From Puniceicoccales bacterium (lineage in GTDB: Bacteria > Verrucomicrobiota > Verrucomicrobiia > Opitutales > LL51), in assembly GCA_031278845.1 (NCBI GenBank), contig JAITJQ010000023.1, positions 1-45,410 on the forward strand: a stretch of DNA of 45,410 bases. The letters are read 5' to 3'. The notes beneath the pieces were generated by a model that saw only the letters and a program-made list of their open reading frames with translations, ran no database searches and was not told the DNA's origin. The position numbers and the translations under genes are program-made. Shown one piece after another: positions 1 through 7,152 of the stretch (position 1 is its first letter; each line of letters opens with the position of its first letter).

Positions 1-320
1 CAACCGCCTTCGAGGGCGAGTTTGACGATATTTTCCGGATCAAAATAGATCGGATTCGGTGCGAAACTGGCCGCTGCCGAATGTTCGATTCCCTGATCGA
101 CGGGTAAAATTGACGTATATCCCGTTCCTGCAAGCCGTCCCGTACGGGCAATCCTGGCCAGGTTATTGAGAACGCACTGGGAGCGATCGGTGTGTACAAA
201 AACGCGGTCGATAAAATCCGGCCCTGGAAGGTGTAACGCCTCTCTGGCGATCGTTCGGCATTGGTGTTCGACCAATTTATCTTTATCCCGAGCGATGAAA
301 TCTTGGATACGCTTATTCAT
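1..320 (-). CDS. fbaB: Class I fructose-bisphosphate aldolase (FbaB/DhnA type), N-terminal ~106 codons; gene runs off the left edge
   Basis: Reverse-strand translation from the ATG at complement 318-320 gives [40 protein letters not shown]...[45 protein letters not shown]. This is collinear with E. coli FbaB as I recall it ([38 protein letters not shown]). It is absent from the ORF track because it is truncated. Confidence 0.8.
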   Translation of the reverse strand, partial: MNKRIQDFIARDKDKLVEHQCRTIAREALHLPGPDFIDRVFVHTDRSQCVLNNLARIARTGRLAGTGYTSILPVDQGIEHSAAASFAPNPIYFDPENIVKLALEGG

Positions 321-357
321 ATGGGTTAAATGTTAACTCAATTTTTTTCTAAGGCAA

Positions 358-1731
358 TCAAGAATTGACATTATCTTTTAAATGTTGCGCGACGTTTGAA
401 AAATCACCATTGGAGAGAAAGAGAAAAACTTGTCTTTCGCGATCGATTTTTCTTGGAAAAGTAGCCTTGATGCCATCGATATCGATGGGGTATGCGGGAC
501 AATAGCGGATATCCCGTGCGAGCTTATGGGTATCGAGCCGTTGGGCTCTATTTTTATAAACTTCGGCGATGTAGACCTCATGACTGCCCGTAAAAGCGCC
601 TACGAACCCCTCCTGAAAACAATCGGAACAGGCGGTATTGCTACGCGGTTCAAAGGCGGTAATGAGTTTGTATTCTGGAAAGGCCTGTCGCACGGCACGG
701 ATTGTTTCCTGGATCGCCGTTGGATGATGCGCAAAATCTTCGATAATGATCGTATTTTTACTGTGGAAAATAACTTCCTGACGTTTTTTAATTCCCTTGA
801 AACGGCTCAGATCGATATTTAAATCCGGTCCCAAGTATTGCTGTGCCGCAACGATTGCCATTGCTGCATTGCGTACATTATGTTCACCGAAAAGTGGACT
901 CCGAATGGGGATTTTTGTCCCATTGCCGACGAGGGAAAAAGTTGTGTCCTGCGGGCTTAGCATTTCGTCTTCGATGATGAAATCGTTGCCATCATTTTTT
1001 CCCACAAAAATCGTTTTCGTCCAGGGGACAGGTAATAATTCGCGAATAGTTTCGGAATCGCCATTGGCTATGATACGGCCACTTGAGGGAACGAGTTTAA
1101 TGGCGTTGGAAAATGTCCGTTGGATATCGCGTAGGTCTCGAAAAATGTCGAGATGATCGAGCTCGATGTTGTTGATGAGAAGGATTTTCGGAGAGTAGTG
1201 AATGAATTTACTGCGCTTGTCGAAGAATGCAGAATCGTATTCGTCGCCTTCGATAATAAAAGGACTATTAGTTTTGCCATAATATCCTCCGGATGGGAAA
1301 TTAAGCGGGATACCGCCGATGAAATAGCCCGGATCGCAATGGTTGATGGACAGCAGATAAGTGAGCAATGTGGTGGTGGTGGTTTTCCCATGGGTTCCGG
1401 CAACGACGATCGCGTCCCGATCGCCGATGACTTTTTGGCGAATGAGTTCCGGGAGTGAGCAGTAAGGGATTTTTTTATGGTCGAGTAGCCATTCGACCTC
1501 TTCGTTACCGCGTGCGATGGCGTTGCCGACGACGACGAGATCGGGGCTAAGTTTTTCCAGCCGCTGTGCGGAATAGCCGGCATAGATAGCGATCCTATTC
1601 TGGGCGAGGAGATCGGACATGGGGGGGTACAGCTTTTGATCGCTACCGCAAACCCTATGGCCCTGCAATTGAAGTAGGACTGCCAAATTGCCCATGGCCG
1701 TTCCGCCGATACCTAGGAAGTAAATCTGCAT
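358..1731 (-). CDS. mpl: UDP-N-acetylmuramate:L-alanyl-gamma-D-glutamyl-meso-diaminopimelate ligase (Mur ligase family, Mpl-like)
   Basis: The 457-aa ORF has an N-terminus MQIYFLGIGGTAMGNLA...GSDQKLYPPMSDLL and a P-loop VAGTHGKTTTT typical of Mur ligases. The YPPMS context matches my recollection of E. coli Mpl rather than MurC. Confidence 0.8.
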   Translation of the reverse strand: MQIYFLGIGGTAMGNLAVLLQLQGHRVCGSDQKLYPPMSDLLAQNRIAIYAGYSAQRLEKLSPDLVVVGNAIARGNEEVEWLLDHKKIPYCSLPELIRQKVIGDRDAIVVAGTHGKTTTTTLLTYLLSINHCDPGYFIGGIPLNFPSGGYYGKTNSPFIIEGDEYDSAFFDKRSKFIHYSPKILLINNIELDHLDIFRDLRDIQRTFSNAIKLVPSSGRIIANGDSETIRELLPVPWTKTIFVGKNDGNDFIIEDEMLSPQDTTFSLVGNGTKIPIRSPLFGEHNVRNAAMAIVAAQQYLGPDLNIDLSRFKGIKKRQEVIFHSKNTIIIEDFAHHPTAIQETIRAVRQAFPEYKLITAFEPRSNTACSDCFQEGFVGAFTGSHEVYIAEVYKNRAQRLDTHKLARDIRYCPAYPIDIDGIKATFPRKIDRERQVFLFLSNGDFSNVAQHLKDNVNS

Positions 1732-1794
1732 ATTTTGCTTCCGTTGTAGTTTTTCATGAAGAATATCAATGGTATACTGTAAAGAAAAGAAAAT

Positions 1795-2844
1795 TTATAT
1801 TTCTGGTACATTTTCCAGGAGCATCATGAGCGAACTGATGCCGCTGCCGATACCGAGCAGAGCGGTTTTACCATGGATAACATTTCGTTCAATGGCGAGC
1901 GATAGGGTTAGGGGAAGGGCGACGGAACCCGTATTGCCGAGGAAGGGAAATGTTGAGAAATCCTTTTCCAGATCGAGTCCCAGCGTTTGGTAGAGCAGGG
2001 ATCGGTGCCGCTGGCCGACTTGATGGCAGATCGTATGGGCGATATCCGCATTGGGGAGATGGGCGAGGAATTGTTGCCAATTATTTTGGGCGAGTTGGAT
2101 ACCGAGTTTGAGCAGGGCTCCCGAATCCGTTTCCATGGCGAGACCGCTGTCGGCCGTCGTATCCCCTTGGCATAGGGTACAGCCGCTCGAATCGGAAAGC
2201 GCCGAAACCGCCTTTAGTTTTAGCATATTCCCGTGTTTTTTCACTAAAGATTCGTGGCAGAGGAGTGCCGCCACTGCCCCGGAGCCGATCGTTAGGTTTG
2301 CGAAATGGGATTTTATTGTTTTACGCGTAATGGTGGTGTTATTTTGGAGGAACGCGACTGTGTGGTCGAGCAGCGGCTTACCATTTTCTCCGGAGACGAT
2401 GAGTGCGGAGCGGATTTGTTGCGCTTCGATCATTGCGGCGACCATCGCCATGGCATTCAGGAATCCGAGGCAGGCGTTTGAGAGGTCGTAGAATAGCGTA
2501 TGCTCTGGGAGCTGCAGATTGTGGTGAACGTAGGCTGCCGTTGCTGGTTCTAAACGATCGCGGCAGACGGAGGCGTGGATGAGTAAATCGATATTATTGC
2601 GAGGGAGCGAAGTTTGCCTCAGGACATTTTTAGCGGCCTGCGTACTAGCCTGGGAGGGAAGAATCGTTTCGGGCCAAATCCGCCGTTCTTTGATACCGGT
2701 CATCAGTTCGAGGCGGCCGAATGGTAAGTGGAGCCGTTCATAGACTGCGTTTAGCCGTTGTTCGATTTCGTCCGATGTAATGGCAATGGGAGGCAAAACA
2801 TGGGCGATCGATTCGATGGCGACGTTGGAAAAAGAAAAATTCAT
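1795..2844 (-). CDS. 3-oxoacyl-ACP synthase III family protein (FabH-like)
   Basis: The 349-aa ORF carries the KAS III catalytic contexts SNACLG (Cys), ICHQVG (His) and LGNTGS (Asn). Confidence 0.7.
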   Translation of the reverse strand: MNFSFSNVAIESIAHVLPPIAITSDEIEQRLNAVYERLHLPFGRLELMTGIKERRIWPETILPSQASTQAAKNVLRQTSLPRNNIDLLIHASVCRDRLEPATAAYVHHNLQLPEHTLFYDLSNACLGFLNAMAMVAAMIEAQQIRSALIVSGENGKPLLDHTVAFLQNNTTITRKTIKSHFANLTIGSGAVAALLCHESLVKKHGNMLKLKAVSALSDSSGCTLCQGDTTADSGLAMETDSGALLKLGIQLAQNNWQQFLAHLPNADIAHTICHQVGQRHRSLLYQTLGLDLEKDFSTFPFLGNTGSVALPLTLSLAIERNVIHGKTALLGIGSGISSLMMLLENVPEI

Positions 2845-2857
2845 GGGATCAGGTTTT

Positions 2858-3271
2858 TTAATTCGTTGGGGCGACGATATGTTTCACCTTGACGACGATC
2901 ACCCCGCGGTATTTGTGGGGGAACGTTTGACCGTTGACGGTGACCGTTTTGCCTATGAGATTAGCTAATGGGATACCGATTGCGAGGTCGGAAACGTCCA
3001 GGAATGCAATGGTATCGCCTTTGGAGTCTACGATGCGGTAGTCGTAATTGGGGTTCCAGAAGGATGGGATCCAAAATGAATCGCAGCGCTTCAGCGTGCC
3101 ACTATAGGCGTAGGGGTGAGCCTTAGCCTGAGGGATATCCGAATCGATAGGGGATTTCTCGGAATGCTTGCGTATTTTCGATGAATCTCCGGGGAAAATA
3201 CTGGAACATCCTGAAAAGAGAAGGGCAATAACCATTCCAAAAATCGTAAAACTGACTTTCGAATACCACAC
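2858..3271 (-). CDS. Hypothetical lipoprotein
   Basis: The 137-aa ORF has an N-terminal hydrophobic segment ending in the lipobox LFSGC. It lies 13 nt downstream of the fabH-like gene. I recognise no family. Confidence 0.5.
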   Translation of the reverse strand: MWYSKVSFTIFGMVIALLFSGCSSIFPGDSSKIRKHSEKSPIDSDIPQAKAHPYAYSGTLKRCDSFWIPSFWNPNYDYRIVDSKGDTIAFLDVSDLAIGIPLANLIGKTVTVNGQTFPHKYRGVIVVKVKHIVAPTN

Positions 3272-3337
3272 GGAAGAGTAGATTTCCTAAGAAAAGGAAA
3301 ATTTCAAGCAACAAATATTTTTTGATGGGCGCCAGGG

Positions 3338-3620
3338 GCGGCTGACAGTGTCAGCTTCCATACCGCTAGCGCGCGAACGTCAGCAACTGCCGATCCATTG
3401 CTGGCCAAAAGCCAGCTTTTTTGCTGGCGAAGCCAGTTCTATCACTGTCGACTGTGTCGACATCGCAGCCGGCCGTGCCGGCGCTGACAGTGTCAGCTTC
3501 CATACCGCTAGCGCGCGTGCTGAAGCCCTCCGTAGAGTTGGTTTGCCGCCATTGCCGACGAAGTCGGCTCAGTGGGAGTCGACACCGTCAGCCGGCGTTG
3601 ACATATTTAGATTTTGACTT
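3338..3620. repeat. GC-rich mosaic of short hairpin modules (multi-mini-hairpin repeat, locus 1)
   Basis: A chain of short perfect palindromes is present. GCTGACAgTGTCAGC occurs at 3341-3355 and again at 3483-3497, each followed by ttccataccgctagcgcgcg. The others are GCTGGCcaaaaGCCAGC at 3400-3416, CTGGCgaaGCCAG at 3424-3436, GTCGACtgtGTCGAC at 3447-3461, GCCGGCcgtGCCGGC at 3468-3482 and GCCGACgaaGTCGGC at 3554-3568. The modules recur at 4501-4590 (inverted) and 5149-5236 (direct). Confidence 0.85.
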
Positions 3621-4426
3621 GAGGTAGCAACACTTAACGCCCTTGAACCCAACGACAATTCCGGATTATATGTTTTCCTCATTAGCTCTTCCGCTGTATT
3701 GCCTTGAGGATCCCTAATATTGTTATTAGCAACGCCCTTCAATAAAATGAAGACCGGTACATTCTGTTTTGCGGCAGCCAAATGGAATGCTGTCATGCCT
3801 GTATTATCCAGAGCATTCACATTAATGCCGGGGGCATTTACCAATACTTCAGCAGTCTTTTGGGAATTTATCAGCCTATTGCAGCTATTGTCGTATCCGG
3901 AAAGCCATTCGGTGGCCCAATGGAGTGCTGTCCGGCCTTCACCATCCTGAGCATTCACAAGAATGCCGGGGGCATTTACCAACACGCTAACGACTTTTGG
4001 GTGGCCAGAGGCTGCGGCCAAATGGAGCGCTGTCAGGCCTTTACCATCCCGAGCATTCACAAGAATGCCGGGGGCATTTACCAACACGCGAGCGACTTCT
4101 GGGCATTCATTGGCTGCGGCCCAATGGAGTGCTGTTCGGCCTCCATTATCCTGAGCATTCACAAGAATGCCGGGTGTATTTACCAACACGCCAACGACCG
4201 CTGGGCGGTCAGAGGCTGCGGCCTCAATGAGCGCTGTACGGCCGATCCGACCTGTAACATTCACATTAACGCCTTGGGCTATTGCCGCCAGAACACCTGG
4301 TAGGTCGTCATTTGATGCAGCCGCAAGATACTGGCGCTCGGCAGCCCCCTCAAGATGGCTTATGCTCAATAAGCAACTACTCATTGCTACATATTTTATT
4401 GTATTTTTTATATTTATGTTTTTCAT
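3569..4426 (-). CDS. Ankyrin-repeat protein with N-terminal signal-like leader
   Basis: The 285-aa ORF has the leader MKNINIKNTIKYVAMSSCLLSIS. It contains repeated ANK units (GRTALHWAA...VLVNAPGILVNAQD). Three units are near-identical at DNA level with a 102-nt period (cattcacaagaatgccggg starting near 3952, 4054 and 4156). The last ~20 codons and the stop lie inside the hairpin mosaic. Confidence 0.85.
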   Translation of the reverse strand: MKNINIKNTIKYVAMSSCLLSISHLEGAAERQYLAAASNDDLPGVLAAIAQGVNVNVTGRIGRTALIEAAASDRPAVVGVLVNTPGILVNAQDNGGRTALHWAAANECPEVARVLVNAPGILVNARDGKGLTALHLAAASGHPKVVSVLVNAPGILVNAQDGEGRTALHWATEWLSGYDNSCNRLINSQKTAEVLVNAPGINVNALDNTGMTAFHLAAAKQNVPVFILLKGVANNNIRDPQGNTAEELMRKTYNPELSLGSRALSVATSSQNLNMSTPADGVDSH

Positions 4427-4500
4427 GGTGTATTACATGATAGTATTTTTTTAACGTCCATCAAGGATTTTTTTTTATTTTTCAAAACGTAGTTTTTTAA

Positions 4501-4590
4501 ACCCACGCCATTGCCGCCAGCGGCGGCCCGAGTCGGCCCGATCGGCTGCGATGTCGACACAGTTGACAGTGATAGAGCTGGCTTCGAAGT
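4501..4590. repeat. Multi-mini-hairpin mosaic repeat, locus 2 (inverted relative to locus 1)
   Basis: The segment 4543-4586 is the reverse complement of 3428-3471, with 42 of 44 positions matching in my manual alignment. Additional palindromes are GCCGCCagcGGCGGC at 4513-4527, CCGAgTCGG and CCGATCGG. Confidence 0.8.
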
Positions 4591-4757
4591 ATGGTTGACA
4601 TGATGTTAGTTGGGGGAGTTTGCGTAATCTTTCCCTAATCCTCCTATATATACGCACACACACACATTTTATACGCGGGAGAGAGTAAGAGAGAATTAGG
4701 GAATTATTTATATATATATCTTTTTTTATTAGTATTTATGCGGGTTCCAAGGCCTTT

Positions 4758-4877
4758 AAATTGTTCCCAGAATTGTTCCCTCGTTGGGGGGACTATTCGC
4801 CGATTTGCTCCTTTTTAAGTATATTTTTTTGTAATAGTTCCCCGCTTCGGAACAATTTTGAACAATTCGGGAACTAT
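4758..4877. repeat. Inverted arrangement of four ATTGTTCC/GGAACAAT motifs plus a 9-bp inverted repeat
   Basis: aaattgttccc (4758-4768) and gaattgttccc (4770-4780) face ggaacaatt (4849-4857) and gaacaatt (4860-4867). ATAGTTCCC (4834-4842) pairs with GGGAACTAT (4869-4877). Confidence 0.6.
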
Positions 4878-5148
4878 TTAGAGGAGTTTATAGACGACGG
4901 CGTTTTCGTTTTGGTCCCTTCGAGATATTCCCGAACGGTGCCGTTCTCCTCCAGTGTGGTGATGATGCGTTTAAACGCATCCGTAGGCTCCCTACACCTC
5001 CTGAGCGGCATGTTTTGCTCCCCGGGGGAAATATCCTCCCCAAAAACTCTTGACAGCCCGCCGGGATCGTCCAAGGCTGAAGGGTAGAGGGTGGGAGCGA
5101 GCGGCGTCGGTACAACCGACAATGATACCGCTGACGCGTTAGGCGTAA

Positions 5149-5236
5149 GCAACTGCCGATCCATTGCTGGCCAAAAGCCAGCTCTATCACTGTCGACTGT
5201 GTCGACATCGCAGCCGGCCGTACCGGCCCAGCCGGC
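5149..5236. repeat. Multi-mini-hairpin mosaic repeat, locus 3 (direct relative to locus 1)
   Basis: gcaactgccgatccattgctggccaaaagccagct followed by ctatcactgtcgactgtgtcgacatcgcagccggccgtaccggc reproduces modules 3383-3417 and 3439-3482 almost exactly. It lies immediately downstream of the atpA stop. Confidence 0.85.
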
Positions 5237-5279
5237 ACATTTGGAATTAGGTGTAACGGGCGTTTTTTTCCATTCGGGT

Positions 5280-6815
5280 TTAGGCCTGAGTATTCTGCCA
5301 ATGGGTAGCGATTTCCAGGAGATTTTTTTCGATTGCTTCCGTCAGTTGGTTTTCCTGGATAATTTGTGATAGGACTTGCATACCATTTGTGGCGAAGTAG
5401 GCGAGTAAAGATTCTGCGGCGGCGTTGATATGGTTAAGGGAGGTGGAGTCAAAAATACCTGTTTTGATAGCCCAGAGGAGAAGGACTTGATCGGAGACGC
5501 TTCTGGGGGCATTAGCGGGTTGTCGGAAGAGGGCGACGATACGGGCACCGCGGTCGAGTTGTTGTTGTGTTTTGGGATCTAGATCGGAGCCGAATTGGGC
5601 GAAGGAGCTTAGTTCATAGTATTGACCCAGTTCGAGTTTTAATTTTCCGGCGACCTGTTTAAAGGCTTTAATTTGGGCAGCGGAGCCGACCCGTGATACG
5701 GAAATTCCGATAGAGATTGCGGGGCGTACGCCTCGGTTAAAGAGGTCCGTATCGAGGAAGATTTGGCCATCGGTGATGGAGATGACATTAGTGGGAATAT
5801 AGGCGGAGACGTCACCGGCCTGGGTTTCGATGATCGGTAGGGCGGTGAGGGAGCCGCCGCCACTTTGGGGATTCAGTCGAGCGGCGCGTTCGAGGAGTTT
5901 TGAATGGAGGTAGAAGACATCGCCGGGGTAAGCTTCCCGCCCGGAGGGCCGTTTCAGGATGAGGCAAATTTGGCGGTAAGCGACGGCATGTTTGGAGAGG
6001 TCATCGTAGACGATGAGGGCATCCATACCGTTTTGCATGAACCATTCGCCCATGGCGCAACCGGCGTAGGGGGCGATGTACTGGTTAGCGGGGTTATCGG
6101 CGGCCGAGGAATTGACGATGATAGTAAAGTCCATGGCCCGGTGATCGGAAAGGGTTTTAATGGTACGGGCGATGGTAGAATTTTTTTGTCCGATGGCGAC
6201 GTAGATGGAGTAGACGGGGCGGAAGTCAGGATTATTGGAAGCGAGGCCTTGCCGATTAATTTCGGCCTGATTGATGATGGTATCGATGACGAGGGTAGAT
6301 TTCCCGGTGGCGCGATCGCCGATGATGAGTTCCCGTTGGCCGCGGCCGATGGGGATCATTGCGTCAATGGCGAGGATACCGGTTTGGAGGGGTTGATTGA
6401 CGGATTGGCGGGGCATGATACCGGGAGCAATTTTTTCGATGGGGAAGGATATTTCCGGGGGAATGGGGCCCTTGCCGTCGAGGGGATGGCCGAGGGCATC
6501 GACGACGCGGCCGAGGAGACTTTTACCGACGGGTACGGAGAGTAATTTCCCGGTGGCGGTCGCCTGATCGCCGGATTTGAGGTGGGCGTAATCGCCGAAG
6601 ATGACGACGCCGACGAAATCTTCTTCGAGGTTTAGGGCGACGCCGAAGGTATCATGATCGAAGTCGATCATTTCGTTATACATGACTTCGGAAAGGCCAT
6701 TGAGGAGGGCGACGCCATCGGCGATGGAGACAATGGTTCCGATATTTTTTTTAATGGGTACGGGATTTGAGGAGAAAATCTCCTGACGGATTTGGTCAAG
6801 AAGCGCGTTAGCCAT
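5280..6815 (-). CDS. atpA: F-type ATP synthase subunit alpha
   Basis: The ORF track gives 5280..6872. Homology to alpha subunits starts at the internal Met ([14 protein letters not shown]...), so I place the start at 6815. Diagnostic motifs are [17 protein letters not shown] (Walker A), [71 protein letters not shown] and [11 protein letters not shown]. Confidence 0.9.
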   Translation of the reverse strand: MANALLDQIRQEIFSSNPVPIKKNIGTIVSIADGVALLNGLSEVMYNEMIDFDHDTFGVALNLEEDFVGVVIFGDYAHLKSGDQATATGKLLSVPVGKSLLGRVVDALGHPLDGKGPIPPEISFPIEKIAPGIMPRQSVNQPLQTGILAIDAMIPIGRGQRELIIGDRATGKSTLVIDTIINQAEINRQGLASNNPDFRPVYSIYVAIGQKNSTIARTIKTLSDHRAMDFTIIVNSSAADNPANQYIAPYAGCAMGEWFMQNGMDALIVYDDLSKHAVAYRQICLILKRPSGREAYPGDVFYLHSKLLERAARLNPQSGGGSLTALPIIETQAGDVSAYIPTNVISITDGQIFLDTDLFNRGVRPAISIGISVSRVGSAAQIKAFKQVAGKLKLELGQYYELSSFAQFGSDLDPKTQQQLDRGARIVALFRQPANAPRSVSDQVLLLWAIKTGIFDSTSLNHINAAAESLLAYFATNGMQVLSQIIQENQLTEAIEKNLLEIATHWQNTQA

Positions 6816-6903
6816 GGTACCAAAGATAGGGATAAGGGGAAAGATCACAAGCCTAATTTTACGGTGGGGCAAGATTTTTACGGTGAATTTTTTTGCAGGT
6901 GCA

Positions 6904-6963
6904 TAAAATATTTTCGCGAAAAAGCCAAAAAAATACTTGAAAACGATAAAAAGTGTTTATAAT
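6904..6963 (+). promoter_or_regulatory. Promoter-like module, distal copy of a tandem duplication
   Basis: ataaaatattttcgcgaaaaagccaaaaaaatacTTGAAAacgataaaaagtgttTATAAT has an A-tract, a -35-like TTGAAA and a perfect TATAAT. The spacer is only 15 nt, or 17 nt if ACTTGA is taken as -35. It is a near-copy of 7055-7113. Confidence 0.35.
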
Positions 6964-7054
6964 ATTAAACTATAGTAATTGGGTTGGGGGCAAAGATTAT
7001 GATTACAAGTTAATTTTTATGGAAGGTTTTTTATGGCGAATTTTTCGCAAAAGA

Positions 7055-7113
7055 ATAAAATATTTTCATAAAAATCAAAAAAATACTTGAAATCGACAAA
7101 AAGTGTTTATAAT
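7055..7113 (+). promoter_or_regulatory. Promoter-like module, proximal copy, 40 nt upstream of the 7153 ORF
   Basis: ataaaatattttcataaaaatcaaaaaaatacTTGAAAtcgacaaaaagtgttTATAAT has TTGAAA at 7087-7092 and TATAAT at 7108-7113. It is oriented toward the 7153..8973 gene. Confidence 0.45.
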
Positions 7114-7152
7114 GGCGGTCGTTAATTATTAACAATTCAACAAAGGAAAAAT

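Noticed and set aside
3348-3627. ORFs 3348..3617 and 3421..3627 (plus strand), and 4475..4663 (minus strand), lie inside the hairpin mosaics.
   Set aside because: They consist entirely of palindromic repeat modules. An open frame is expected in GC-rich, stop-poor sequence, and the same modules occur in both orientations.
3720-4454. Several plus-strand ORFs (3720..3950, 3782..4303, 3963..4154, 3997..4230, 4167..4454) lie opposite the ankyrin gene.
   Set aside because: They are antisense to a well-supported ANK-repeat CDS. Their own repetitive translations (MECC...SIHKNAGGIYQHA repeated) simply mirror the 102-nt DNA repeat, and they have no start context or family resemblance.
4641-4730. Microsatellite-like tracts are present, including (CA)6 at 4655-4666 and (TA)n runs, upstream of the ANK gene.
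   Set aside because: They are short, low-complexity tracts in a noncoding spacer. A role in phase-variable promoter spacing is possible, but the tracts are too short and no clear -35/-10 boxes flank them.
4874-5301. Two overlapping minus-strand ORFs (96 aa and 137 aa) lie between the ANK cassette and atpA.
   Set aside because: Both start inside the mosaic repeat, overlap each other in different frames, and match no family I recognise. The segment ...EDISPGEQNMPLRRCREPTDAFKRIITTLEENGTVREYLEG may be a gene remnant, but I cannot support a call.
5904-6545. Long antisense ORFs lie opposite housekeeping genes, for example 5904..6545 opposite atpA, 8879..9559 opposite trmD, 10520..11053 opposite prmC, and 22526..22903 and 23748..24107 opposite glmS and mraY.
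   Set aside because: The sense genes are securely identified. By eye their coding strands favour C-ending codons, which makes the complement G-rich and stop-poor. The antisense translations are low-complexity (Gly/Asp/Glu or Arg/Ser rich) and have no motifs.
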